Below are positions 1 through 9,094 of a DNA stretch of 41,723 nucleotides, one piece after another (the first letter of the stretch is position 1; the number at the start of each line of letters is the position of its first letter). The stretch spans positions 1-41,723 of the forward strand of contig QNVF01000001.1 of assembly GCA_004347965.1 (NCBI GenBank). Direction: 5' to 3'. A model generated the notes under the pieces. The model saw only the letters and a program-made list of their open reading frames with translations. It ran no database searches and had not been told where the DNA came from. This DNA is from Candidatus Nezhaarchaeota archaeon WYZ-LMO8. GTDB taxonomy: Archaea; Thermoproteota; Methanomethylicia; Nezhaarchaeales; WYZ-LMO8. The translations under genes and the position numbers were made by a program.

Positions 1-164
1 AGGTAAGCAACATAAAGTTTTAAAGACCTCCTTAAAGAATCATGTAACCCAGCATAAATTTTCAAGCAATAACCTTTGTAAACAGAGGAGTATTTAATGT
101 TTATTCGAAAAAACTTTCTATATAATAACTTCATACAAGACCATTAGTTGATGAAGAGGGACAT

Positions 165-180
165 GCGAAATATTTAAAGG
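165..180 (+). promoter_or_regulatory. Putative BRE/TATA promoter of speD-speE
   Basis: GCGAAATATTTAAAGG: purine-rich BRE followed by TTTAAA. The same GAAATATTTAA core lies upstream of tRNA-Arg on the minus strand. Confidence 0.55.
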
Positions 181-233
181 CTTTTGGACCCCCAAAAGCA
201 ACGAATAATGAATAAAGGGGGCTGAGATGGGAA

Positions 234-608
234 TTGAGAAAATCTCTGTCGAGAATGGAATTAGGAAGGCACTTAATACTTGAGCTCTATGGTTGTCTTC
301 CAAATCTCATTAATGATGAAGTCCTCATAAGGGAAGTCCTCACAGAAGCTGTTAAGATGGCTAATGGCAATATATGTGGGGTCTTCTTCCATAAGTTTAA
401 TCCGCAAGGTGTAACTGGTGTAGTGGTTATATCTGAATCTCACATATCGATTCATACATGGCCTGAGTATGGGTATGCAGCTGTTGATATCTTTACATGT
501 GGTGAGCGTATGGACCCTTGGAAAGCATGTGAACATATAATTGACGTCTTCAAACCATCAAACGTTAACGTCCTTGAGATTAAGAGAGGTCTCCTAAATC
601 AAAGATAG
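234..608 (+). CDS. speD: S-adenosylmethionine decarboxylase proenzyme (pyruvoyl-dependent); start is TTG 234 or ATG 255
   Basis: GRHLILE, GVTGVVVISE-SHISIHTWPEYGYAAVDIFTCG self-cleavage signature; directly upstream of speE. Confidence 0.93.
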   Translation: MRKSLSRMELGRHLILELYGCLPNLINDEVLIREVLTEAVKMANGNICGVFFHKFNPQGVTGVVVISESHISIHTWPEYGYAAVDIFTCGERMDPWKACEHIIDVFKPSNVNVLEIKRGLLNQR

Positions 609-612
609 CTAG

Positions 613-1530
613 GTGATTAAAACGGCTAATTGGAGATGGTTTACTGAATATCAAACAGATTCCACGTTAGTAGCACATAAAGTGAAGAGGTTTTTGTATA
701 GCGGTAAATCCAAGTACCAAGAAATAGACGTTATTGAAACCGAAGATTTTGGTATTTGTTTAGTTTTAGACGGTAAGATACAGTCATCCATAGTTGACGA
801 GTTCATATATCATGAATCTTTAGTTCACCCAGCTATGGTTACGCACCCCAATCCTGAAAAGGTCCTTATAATTGGTGGGGGTGAGGGAGGTACAGCACGT
901 GAAGTTCTTAAGCATAATACTGTTAAGAGAGTTGTGATGGTCGATATAGATGAAGAGGTCATTCAAGTATCTAAAGAATACATACCTCAACTTAGTTCAG
1001 GAGCCTTTGATGACAAAAGGTTGAGCCTCATAATAGATGATGGACGAGCCTATCTAGAGAAGACACATGAAGAATACGACGTTATATTGATCGATGTAAC
1101 TGATCCACTACCAGAAGGACCATCATACCTCCTCTACACTAAGCAGTTTTATGAGCTTGCTAAAAGACGCCTTAAACCTAATGGGGTAATGGCAACCCAA
1201 GCTACCTCAGTATTCTATAGCAGAAGGTCTTACACCCTGATATATAGCACTTTGAAGCGTGTGTTTCCAATAGTTAGAGCTTATAGTGCTTGGATTCCAT
1301 CTTACGTCTCAGCTTGGGGCTTCGTTCTGGCATCCTTGAAACACGACCCCCTTGATCTAAGTGATGATGAAGTTAGAAGTATATTAGGAAAGAGGAACGT
1401 TCACAACCTAAGGTTCTATCATCCTGAATTTCACAAGTCTCTATTTACATTACCCCTTTATCTGAAGAGAGCGCTCGAAGAAGAAAGAGAGATAGTAACA
1501 GATGAAAAGCCAACATTCATGCCTGCGTGA
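613..1530 (+). CDS. speE: Polyamine aminopropyltransferase (spermidine synthase family)
   Basis: SKYQEI, LDGKIQ, DEFIYHESLVHP, VLIIGGGEGGTAREV, YDVILIDVTDP motifs. Confidence 0.95.
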   Translation: MIKTANWRWFTEYQTDSTLVAHKVKRFLYSGKSKYQEIDVIETEDFGICLVLDGKIQSSIVDEFIYHESLVHPAMVTHPNPEKVLIIGGGEGGTAREVLKHNTVKRVVMVDIDEEVIQVSKEYIPQLSSGAFDDKRLSLIIDDGRAYLEKTHEEYDVILIDVTDPLPEGPSYLLYTKQFYELAKRRLKPNGVMATQATSVFYSRRSYTLIYSTLKRVFPIVRAYSAWIPSYVSAWGFVLASLKHDPLDLSDDEVRSILGKRNVHNLRFYHPEFHKSLFTLPLYLKRALEEEREIVTDEKPTFMPA

Positions 1531-1781
1531 GAGTGAAATCCAACGTGAGCGAGGAGAAGAGGGAGCTATACAAAAAGGGAGTTGTCGTCGATGTTGAAAA
1601 GACTGCGGACGGGTATGCTATAGGCGTGAAAAACGGTTTTGTTGTCGAGTACTTTTTCGCTGAGAAGCCAATCGAGAGGGGCTCTAAAGTCAAAGTGTAC
1701 TGCATTTACGGTAAGAGGTACTTAAAATCTCGCTTCGAAATAATAGTCGAGGGTCCTCCTATGACGAGCGAAAACAATTAA
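1527..1781 (+). CDS. Small hypothetical beta-rich protein (possible OB-like barrel)
   Basis: Overlaps the speE stop (GTGA), codon style looks normal, alternating hydrophobic strands; no family recognised. Confidence 0.6.
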   Translation: MRVKSNVSEEKRELYKKGVVVDVEKTADGYAIGVKNGFVVEYFFAEKPIERGSKVKVYCIYGKRYLKSRFEIIVEGPPMTSENN

Positions 1782-1999
1782 GCTTAGAGCTACTTTTGAA
1801 ATTCGTTACAGCAAGGCTTTAGACTTCCAGGTCGAGTTTACGTTAAACTCTTCCTATGATCCTCAGACTTTTGCCCTAAGAACTTAAAGCCAAATCCAAT
1901 GTTAGCGTCTACGCTCATCAACGTAACTAAGCATTCGCAATGGCCTGGACTCTGAGTAAATGGTATTTAATGAATAGGAGTACATTATGATTTCAAAAC

Positions 2000-2099
2000 T
2001 GGCGGGCCCGGGGGGATTTGAACCCCCGACCGTCAGCTTAGAAGGCTTGCGGCAACCTTAATGGTTGATGCCGCGCTATCCGGGCTGCGCCACGGGCCC
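2000..2099 (-). tRNA. tRNA-Arg(TCT) with a 22-nt intron at position 29/30 (2047-2068); CCA encoded
   Basis: Acceptor GGGCCCG/CGGGCCC, D stem GCGC/GCGC, loop CT-TCT-AA, T arm GGGGG-TTCAAAT-CCCCC. Splice motif GCGG CA|T CAACC-ATTAA-GGTTG CCGC AA|G. Confidence 0.9.
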
Positions 2100-2152
2100 A
2101 TATTCGCTACCTATTAACTGATCTCCTTCCCTTTAAGCTTAAATATTTCAAC

Positions 2153-4870
2153 TCAACGATGTCTCTCTTTGACCTCTTCAATCTTCCTTTTTGCTCCCTC
2201 TAAGTCTTCAATCATGCCCTGTGCTATCTCCTTCTTGCCTCCAGCCTTCCCCTTACCTGCTTGAGCTATCTCAAGAGCTATCTTATTGGCTTCCAAACCT
2301 CTATCTAAAGCCTTAGATCCACATGCCACTACGAGCAAGGCTTTATTGTCATGCTTGGATAGTACTACTAACACAATATCGTCAGTTCTCTCCAAAACTT
2401 TTTCAGCTAATGCTATCATTCCATCATGCTCCACTTTCTCTAGCTCTACATCTATCACCAACTCCCCCCTCCTCCTTCTATCTAGAATTATTGGTAGAAG
2501 CATTTCAGCGACCCTATCCTTTAAGATCTCCTTCTCTTTTCGTAACTGCTTGATTTCGAGCTTTAGCTTACCCGCAACAGTTGATGCTTGTTCAACAGGA
2601 CATTCGAGCACATGCGCTATCTTCTTCAAGTTCTCTTCAAGTTCTCTCGCATACTCTAAAGCTGCTTTTCCAACTTTGTACTCAAACCTAAGAACTCCAT
2701 CCTGTATTCTATCCACCTTAATTACCTTAATCAATCCAACTTCGCCCGTACTAGCTACATGCGTTCCTCCACAAGCTTGTACATTCCAACCCTCTACCTC
2801 CACAATCCTGACGTTCCTCCCAGGTACGACACCTCCTTGGTAGATCTCAAATCCATACTTTCTCTCTGCTTTCTCTCTTTCAACAAACGAAACTTTAACT
2901 GGTAGGTTTTTGAGCACAATCTCGTTAGCTAATTCCTCTATCATCCTTAGCTGCTCATTGGTTAAGTGCTTGTAGTGAGTAACGTCCAAGTGAGCACGAT
3001 CAGGTAGTTTCTGAGCTCCAGCTTGCCACACATGGCTCCCCAAAACCCTTCGTATTGCTTCAAGTAGGATGTGAGTAGCGGTGTGATGTCTCATAAGGCC
3101 AAGCCTTCTCTCAACATCCAACTCACCTTTCACTAAAACTCCTTGAGGTGCAACACCATCAACAACGTGTACCACTACATCTCCAATCTTGACGACATCA
3201 AGGACCCTAACTTTAGAGTCTCCAAAAATTAGTAAGCCTCTATCAGCTTCCTGTCCTCCTCCTCTAGGATAGAAGCATGTTTGATCAAGGATCACATAAC
3301 CATTGCCGCTCCTCAACACCCTTCCATGGAATGAGGACATGTACTGATCCTCGTAGTAGAGAAGTCTTGTAGGCGGCAGACCTGATACGTCATACTGTCG
3401 TTCCTCTTCTACGTGCTTTGCTGATTGATGTAGTTGGGCCACGAGACCATAGAAATTATCAGGGACTTGAACGTCAACTCCTAGTTTCTCAGCCTCTTCT
3501 TTAACCACCTCTGGCGGCAGACCGTGAGAGTCGTAAAGCTGTAGAAGCATGTCTACTAAAATTACCTTGCTCTTTAATCCCTTAGCCATCCTGGTAACGA
3601 GACTCCTACCACGATTAATGGTGGCTCTAAACTTTTCCTCCTCTAACTCCAGCATCTCCATGATCGTGTCCTTCATCTTACCTAGCCGAGGGAAATCGTA
3701 GCTCCAAATTCTTATCTGTTCGTCGACTAGCTTCTTTAAGTAGCCGCTTTCTAATCGTAAAAGCTCGCAGATTCGAAGAGCTCTTCTTATGACTAAGCGA
3801 GCAAGATAGCCTTCTCCAACGTTTGATGGAACAACGCCATCAGCTAACATGAATGCAAGGCACTTAGCATGGTCGGCTAGCGCAAATATCCTCTCAAGAG
3901 GTGCAATCTCCTTCTCCAGTACTTCTAGTGGTATTTTTGTGACGATCGAAAGTTCTCTTCTAAGCTCATCAACCGTCCTCCCCCTTTCAATCCTCATGAG
4001 AGCTGATGCTTTAGAAGCTCTGACCAATAAATCGTAGTTTGGAGGGGTTATACCAGCATCACTACACATTCTATCTATTAAGTCCCCGTATATCACATGG
4101 AAGGCTGTAGGTTTTCCACTTAAGAACCACGCAATTCTCTCAATACCATAACCCGTGTCAACTATCCTCATGTTCATTGGAACATACTCTTCTCCCTTGA
4201 CCTTAAAGCACATGAAGACTAGTGTTGCAAGCTCCAGTCCATCGACACAAACTTCAACATCAGGGCCTGCATTCCCCCCTCCAACCCAAAAGCCCTCTTT
4301 ATAGGTTATCGCCTTCTCGTCTACTTCCATGACCTCTATTAGAAACTCGTGGCATAACTTAACAGTCTCTTCTTTCCAGTACACTTCTTTACCAGGAAAG
4401 TTAAAGGCATGATGACCTCCCATCTCAAATATGGTTAGGTGTCTACCAGAGGTTAGACCAACGTTATCTATATCGACTAGCCTGATGCATGGTTGAGATA
4501 TGACTAGTGGGTTTGCAGGTGGTGGTACAATGCCATCAGTAACAAAAGGTTGAAACACAGCTATGCTAGCTATAGTTAAGAATATGTCTTCACGCCATCT
4601 TGCTACAACGGGGTATGGCTCTACGATTCTGTGTCCTCGTTCCTCAAAAAAATCTAGAAACAACTTTCTAGCTTTGGGCACGTTTACTTCGGGCTTTAAC
4701 GCCCTACCAATGAAGGTATATTCTTGGCATGGAGCATCGCCGCACGTCTCTCTATCGTGATCTAGCGTCCAGAAGGCAGAGCTACAAACCTTACATCTCT
4801 TCCTTACAAAGCCTTTCTCGGCAAAAAACTTTAGCTTATACTCTTCCTCAGAGATCATCGTTTCCTTCAA
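2153..4870 (-). CDS. alaS: Alanine--tRNA ligase, archaeal type
   Basis: N-terminal CKVC..CGDAPC, ISQPCIR, FEMGGHHAFN, VDTGYGIER, editing motifs HHTATH and QACGGTH, C-terminal DHHA1-like GKAGG. Confidence 0.97.
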   Translation of the reverse strand: MKETMISEEEYKLKFFAEKGFVRKRCKVCSSAFWTLDHDRETCGDAPCQEYTFIGRALKPEVNVPKARKLFLDFFEERGHRIVEPYPVVARWREDIFLTIASIAVFQPFVTDGIVPPPANPLVISQPCIRLVDIDNVGLTSGRHLTIFEMGGHHAFNFPGKEVYWKEETVKLCHEFLIEVMEVDEKAITYKEGFWVGGGNAGPDVEVCVDGLELATLVFMCFKVKGEEYVPMNMRIVDTGYGIERIAWFLSGKPTAFHVIYGDLIDRMCSDAGITPPNYDLLVRASKASALMRIERGRTVDELRRELSIVTKIPLEVLEKEIAPLERIFALADHAKCLAFMLADGVVPSNVGEGYLARLVIRRALRICELLRLESGYLKKLVDEQIRIWSYDFPRLGKMKDTIMEMLELEEEKFRATINRGRSLVTRMAKGLKSKVILVDMLLQLYDSHGLPPEVVKEEAEKLGVDVQVPDNFYGLVAQLHQSAKHVEEERQYDVSGLPPTRLLYYEDQYMSSFHGRVLRSGNGYVILDQTCFYPRGGGQEADRGLLIFGDSKVRVLDVVKIGDVVVHVVDGVAPQGVLVKGELDVERRLGLMRHHTATHILLEAIRRVLGSHVWQAGAQKLPDRAHLDVTHYKHLTNEQLRMIEELANEIVLKNLPVKVSFVEREKAERKYGFEIYQGGVVPGRNVRIVEVEGWNVQACGGTHVASTGEVGLIKVIKVDRIQDGVLRFEYKVGKAALEYARELEENLKKIAHVLECPVEQASTVAGKLKLEIKQLRKEKEILKDRVAEMLLPIILDRRRRGELVIDVELEKVEHDGMIALAEKVLERTDDIVLVVLSKHDNKALLVVACGSKALDRGLEANKIALEIAQAGKGKAGGKKEIAQGMIEDLEGAKRKIEEVKERHR

Positions 4871-4919
4871 CCTTCACTCTCATGATATAAACCTGGTAAC
4901 AAACTAAGAAAATGCAAAG

Positions 4920-5246
4920 CTAACCGAAGAGTGAAGCAAGTCCTTCAGCTATCGTTTCTTCAGATACTTCTTCTTTTTTCTTTTCTTCTTTTTTCTTTTC
5001 TTCTTTAGCTGGTGCTTCAGGAGCAGCTGTTGTTACAGGTTGAGGTGTGACAGCTGGAGCCATTGCTGGAAGAACTGCTCCCCTAATTGCTTCATCTATA
5101 TTTACCTCTTTTAGAGCAGCACAAAGCGCCTTAACTCTAACTTCATCTACTTCTATACCAGCTGCTTTCAAGACAGACTTTATGGCATCCTCAGTTATGT
5201 TCTTGCCAGCTTGATGAAGTAGTAGAGCAGCATAAACATACTCCAA
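4920..5246 (-). CDS. rpl12: 50S ribosomal stalk protein L12/aP1
   Basis: [12 protein letters not shown]-terminus, Ala/Pro hinge, charged tail ending GLASLFG. Confidence 0.97.
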   Translation of the reverse strand: MEYVYAALLLHQAGKNITEDAIKSVLKAAGIEVDEVRVKALCAALKEVNIDEAIRGAVLPAMAPAVTPQPVTTAAPEAPAKEEKKKEEKKKEEVSEETIAEGLASLFG

Positions 5247-5292
5247 TCCACAAAACCCCCTTTATGTTGACTTAGTAGCTCTTACTCTAACC

Positions 5293-5308
5293 TTTATAAA
5301 TTTTTACC
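5293..5308 (-). promoter_or_regulatory. Dedicated BRE/TATA promoter for rpl12-alaS
   Basis: Minus strand GGTAAAAA-TTTATAAA in the 222-bp rpl10-rpl12 gap; a GGGGG Shine-Dalgarno-like tract precedes the rpl12 start. Confidence 0.6.
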
Positions 5309-5468
5309 GTATTTCCAAAGATCTTCTACCTAAGGTAATCACGAACTCCACTTCTATTTGACACATTCACTTCATAGTTTAAGTGATTAAACCATTATCT
5401 ATTGAGAGTTACTAAGCCCCTCAGGGCCACAATAAGATATGTACTTTAAAAGCCCCTCTTAACCTCTA

Positions 5469-6356
5469 TCAGATCTTTATAAGATTGCTAATTGCAACTG
5501 CTTGAGCGTGAGCCTTAGCAATTATGTAGCCAATGCTTTCACGAGTTGGGTAACAAGCATTGACAGCTAAGTTCATCGCCTCCATAATCGCCTTGGCTAT
5601 TATGTGGGGGCTGCTCTCTCGCGTAATGAACGTGACGTTTACTGCTAGCGAGAGGGCATTAATGAAGGCCTCCACAAGCTTCTTCCTGTATTCTTCAATA
5701 TTCAGTTTTAAGTCCTCCTCTCTATATAGAACACCTTCAGAGTAAGCAACCTTAACGTTAAGACCCATCTCTATGGGTTCTATGCCGAGCTTGCTCAATA
5801 AGTCAACTATCTCTGCTGGTATGGTCTTTCCAGCCTCAACAACAACGGTATCCTCAGTCACATAAATGGATCCTTCTTCAATTTTAGTAGGCACCTTAAA
5901 CTTCTTAAACAAGCTTATGGCGGGTCCAGCTGGAATACCAGTGTTTCCTGCTGGTATCACCACGTCCTTAACGGCCACGTCACCTGGTTTAGCCTTAGCG
6001 GTTACCTTGTTCTTTTCAAGCACATCATAGACCTCGAAGGGGTTCAAGTTGGATGCGACTACAGCTAATTGTCCACTTAAAAAGTCCTTCAATGGGCTTA
6101 AGTCTATGCCTTTTAGTTCCTTAAGCTCATCTATCGCCTTCCTTATGAGACTGTTCTTAGTAACCTTTATCTGAACAAGGTCTCTTAGCTTGCTTCTTAA
6201 TCTTTGAAACTGTAGTGCACGCAATCTGCTGATATCCACAAGGACTATGGTCCTATAGGTATTCATAATCTCTATTAATTCGTCTATGATCTTCCTTTTC
6301 CTATCTCTTGGCTTTAGCTCCTTTAAGGTAAGCTTAGACATATCTCCATCCTCCAT
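5469..6356 (-). CDS. rpl10: 50S ribosomal protein uL10 (P0), without acidic C-terminal tail
   Basis: KVTKNSLI, AKPGDVAVKDVVIPAGNTGIPAGP, LLSKLGIEP; position in the L11-L1-L10-L12 string. Confidence 0.95.
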   Translation of the reverse strand: MEDGDMSKLTLKELKPRDRKRKIIDELIEIMNTYRTIVLVDISRLRALQFQRLRSKLRDLVQIKVTKNSLIRKAIDELKELKGIDLSPLKDFLSGQLAVVASNLNPFEVYDVLEKNKVTAKAKPGDVAVKDVVIPAGNTGIPAGPAISLFKKFKVPTKIEEGSIYVTEDTVVVEAGKTIPAEIVDLLSKLGIEPIEMGLNVKVAYSEGVLYREEDLKLNIEEYRKKLVEAFINALSLAVNVTFITRESSPHIIAKAIMEAMNLAVNACYPTRESIGYIIAKAHAQAVAISNLIKI

Positions 6357-6360
6357 AAGC

Positions 6361-7014
6361 TTACAATATCCGGATCGGTGGCCCCATGGTTAGCTTAATG
6401 TAAGCGCTCTTAATTCTAGCTGGATGCTTAATTTTCTCCTTCAAGAAATCAAGGACAGCTTTAGTGTTTTCTGCTACCTTTTCGTCCTCCATGCTTTCAG
6501 TGCCTATTTTACATTGAACTTCAGGATTGTTCCTTATCTTTATCCTAATGGAGTTCCTGTATCTGTTTATTAAGCTAGCCAAGTCAACGCTAAGAGTTAT
6601 TGGTGAAGGCATCTTTCCTCTAGGTCCTAAATATGGACCAAGTATCCTACCGATCATAGGCATTAAATCAGCTTGAGCTAAGAAGAAGTCGTAGGTATTC
6701 GCAAGTTTTTTTGCAAACTTTTTATCTGCTTGACATTTCTGTAAATCAGCCTTTCCCAAAACCAGGTCCGCCTTAACATCTCTAGCTTTTAAAGCTAAGT
6801 CCCCCTCACTGATAACACATATCTTAGCTTCCTTACCCTTCAAGGGATTGGGCAACACTAATATTTCATTTATTCTATTGGCAGGGTCCTTAAGATTTAA
6901 ACCTTCAAAAGCTACGATGAGCTCAAAGGTCTGCTTAAAATTCCTCTTCTTAGTTCTCTGCCTAGCTTCCTTAACTGCCTTAACTATTTCACTTAATTGT
7001 ATGCTCATCACCAC
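6361..7014 (-). CDS. rpl1: 50S ribosomal protein uL1
   Basis: KKRNFKQTFEL, LGPYLGPRGKMP, KLTMGPP. Confidence 0.97.
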   Translation of the reverse strand: MVMSIQLSEIVKAVKEARQRTKKRNFKQTFELIVAFEGLNLKDPANRINEILVLPNPLKGKEAKICVISEGDLALKARDVKADLVLGKADLQKCQADKKFAKKLANTYDFFLAQADLMPMIGRILGPYLGPRGKMPSPITLSVDLASLINRYRNSIRIKIRNNPEVQCKIGTESMEDEKVAENTKAVLDFLKEKIKHPARIKSAYIKLTMGPPIRIL

Positions 7015-7505
7015 TCAACCTCGTACTTCGCAAAGATGTTATCATATGTTCCCGCATCGATCTCTCTCTGAACCTCCTTCGGACTCTTACCCTCAACGGT
7101 TATGCCTAAGCTAAGGCATGTGCCTAGAATCTCTTTAGTAGCGGCTTTTAGGGTTTTTGCCAATAAGTTAGGTCTCTTAATAAGAGCTATCTTAATCACC
7201 TGCTCTAAGCTTAAATTGCCGATTTTCTGCTTTGTAGGTGAAGATGAGCCCTTATCAACCTTTAATTCTTTAAGCAATAGAGCAGCCGTAGTTGGTATTC
7301 CAACCTTTACTTCAAATTCCTTGGTCTCTGGATCGTAAGAAACCTCGACTGGTACCCTCATACCTGCAAACTCCTTAGTAAGCTCATTGATCTTATTCAC
7401 GACCGCCATGACATTTAAGCCTGTTGGACCAAGTGCTGGTCCTATCGGTGGACCAGCAGTCGCTTTACCACCCTCCACTATGAACCTTATACTCTTCTGA
7501 GCCAC
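7008..7505 (-). CDS. rpl11: 50S ribosomal protein uL11
   Basis: VEGGKATAGPPIGPALGP, GIPTTAALL, GTCLSLGITVEG. Confidence 0.97.
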   Translation of the reverse strand: MAQKSIRFIVEGGKATAGPPIGPALGPTGLNVMAVVNKINELTKEFAGMRVPVEVSYDPETKEFEVKVGIPTTAALLLKELKVDKGSSSPTKQKIGNLSLEQVIKIALIKRPNLLAKTLKAATKEILGTCLSLGITVEGKSPKEVQREIDAGTYDNIFAKYEVEW

Positions 7506-7988
7506 TTAACTCACCTTCTTAGCCTTCTCAACTACCCTCACATAATCACCATGTATTGTTATTGGTAGGGGATAACTTGTTTCATGAAGCTCTAACGTAA
7601 CCTCTTCTTTGCTCTTATCAACTCTAGATACTGTTCCTTTAAGTCCCTTTAAAGGTCCTGCTATTATTTCAACTACATCACCAACGCTTATGCCTTCTAT
7701 TGATGGTCTGGGTACTAAGAAGTTCTCAATCTCACTGAAACTAACTTTTCTTGCTGAAATGCCTCTCACGTGCTTAATTCCATAAAATGCCTTATCTATA
7801 ACATCAGGCCTATCAGTTTCAACTAATATGTAACCTCTCATCCCCTCTATTATTGCCATCGATTTAATAGGTATACCAGATTGCTTTATCCTCTCTTCAG
7901 CTATCAGCATAACGTTCCGCTCTTGACCTATAGTTGTTCTCACCAAATAGAAACTAGCTTTCTCTTTCGACATAAAATCACCATTCAT
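7506..7988 (-). CDS. spt5: Transcription elongation factor Spt5 (NusG homologue)
   Basis: VRTTIGQE, RGYILVE (NGN domain); GDVVEIIAGPLKG (KOW motif). Confidence 0.95.
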   Translation of the reverse strand: MNGDFMSKEKASFYLVRTTIGQERNVMLIAEERIKQSGIPIKSMAIIEGMRGYILVETDRPDVIDKAFYGIKHVRGISARKVSFSEIENFLVPRPSIEGISVGDVVEIIAGPLKGLKGTVSRVDKSKEEVTLELHETSYPLPITIHGDYVRVVEKAKKVS

Positions 7989-8176
7989 CTAAAGAGGAAT
8001 ATAAATGCTAAGTAGAGTACTATGAAGCTATAAACGCCTAAGATAGCAAGCCCTAGGCTACAAATCTTCAGCATTAAGGTAAACTCTCTTCTATCAGGTC
8101 TACGAGCTACCTTCAATATCCTTATCACGTCTTGAAGCGGCTGTCTTAGCGAATTTAGTGATTTCCTTATAGACAA
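7985..8176 (-). CDS. secE: Protein translocase subunit SecE/Sec61-gamma
   Basis: RILKVARRPDRREF followed by one transmembrane helix; conserved position before spt5. Confidence 0.92.
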   Translation of the reverse strand: MSIRKSLNSLRQPLQDVIRILKVARRPDRREFTLMLKICSLGLAILGVYSFIVLYLAFIFLFR

Positions 8177-8263
8177 TTATGCAACCCCTTATCTTAAGTT
8201 GCTCTCAATAACTAAAACTCTCCAATTATAACTTTTTCCTCAATCCTCGATATAGATGAATCG

Positions 8264-9094
8264 CTAAACTTTCTTAATCTGTAAACCTGCTTCGTTGCAG
8301 ACCTTCGTGACCATAAGCCTTTCACTTGATTTGAGACTCTTCCAATCCATCAATGCTATGCTCGGCTTAATGATGCTTCTATCTATGGCTAACTTAAGCT
8401 CCTTCTCGGTTACTCCTGGAAAGGCGTACTTAGGAACTATATGTGATATTGCTAGACTCTCCTCTAAAACTATCTTAGTAAACTGAGGAGCATAATGTGG
8501 TCCTCCAAAACCTACGGCCACAGTTCCTTCATCGACGTTATCTAACGTCTCTGCTATAGCATGAGCAATAACTTCAGCAGCTTCATAATCACACCACTCT
8601 CTAGGTGTGCTGCCTAGCTCCACAAACATTGCAGGAGTATGCTCAAGGTAGGGACCGTGATGTGTAACTTCAAGACCACAACGCCAGTCAGCAAGCCTCT
8701 CTTCCTTAAGCTTGTTAAGCCTCTTCACTATGGTCATTAAATGAAGAGGCATTGCTATGCAAACACTTCTAGGTCTACCACCATATAAAGCCTCATCAGT
8801 CCAATTACCAGGAGTATGAGCTAAGAGTGCTGGGATACCTGATTCTGCAGCGTGGCGAGAAGCGAAAATTATTCCTTGAACTCTCAAAAAATCTTCTAGG
8901 TTATCAGCATATATTAACTCTTGACCTATTGTAACCAAGAGGACGTCGTCAAGCGCATAGACTTCCTCACCCTGAACCTTCTCTTCAATCCTTCTGAAGT
9001 TCATGAGCTTCAGTAGCTTGTTCTTAATATTCATGCTTGCAACATCGATCTTAGAGCACACTATGGCTAAGCGCCCCTTTAACAATGTTGCCAC
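8264..9094 (-). CDS. dtdA: D-aminoacyl-tRNA deacylase (DTD2/DtdA)
   Basis: FASRH, HTPGN, EVTHHGP, FVELGS, GFGGPHYAP, SHIVPKY. Confidence 0.95.
   Translation of the reverse strand: MATLLKGRLAIVCSKIDVASMNIKNKLLKLMNFRRIEEKVQGEEVYALDDVLLVTIGQELIYADNLEDFLRVQGIIFASRHAAESGIPALLAHTPGNWTDEALYGGRPRSVCIAMPLHLMTIVKRLNKLKEERLADWRCGLEVTHHGPYLEHTPAMFVELGSTPREWCDYEAAEVIAHAIAETLDNVDEGTVAVGFGGPHYAPQFTKIVLEESLAISHIVPKYAFPGVTEKELKLAIDRSIIKPSIALMDWKSLKSSERLMVTKVCNEAGLQIKKV

Noticed and set aside
227-290. Antizyme-like +1 frameshift from the ORF at 227 into speD at ACT-TGA-G
   Set aside because: The product would lack the conserved GRHLI strand of SpeD, so it is unlikely to be functional.
2286-2843. Long antisense ORFs (this 185-aa one, also 15069-15476, 15750-16151, 26744-27238 and similar)
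   Set aside because: Ser/Leu-rich shadows of well-supported genes on the opposite strand, with no family motifs.
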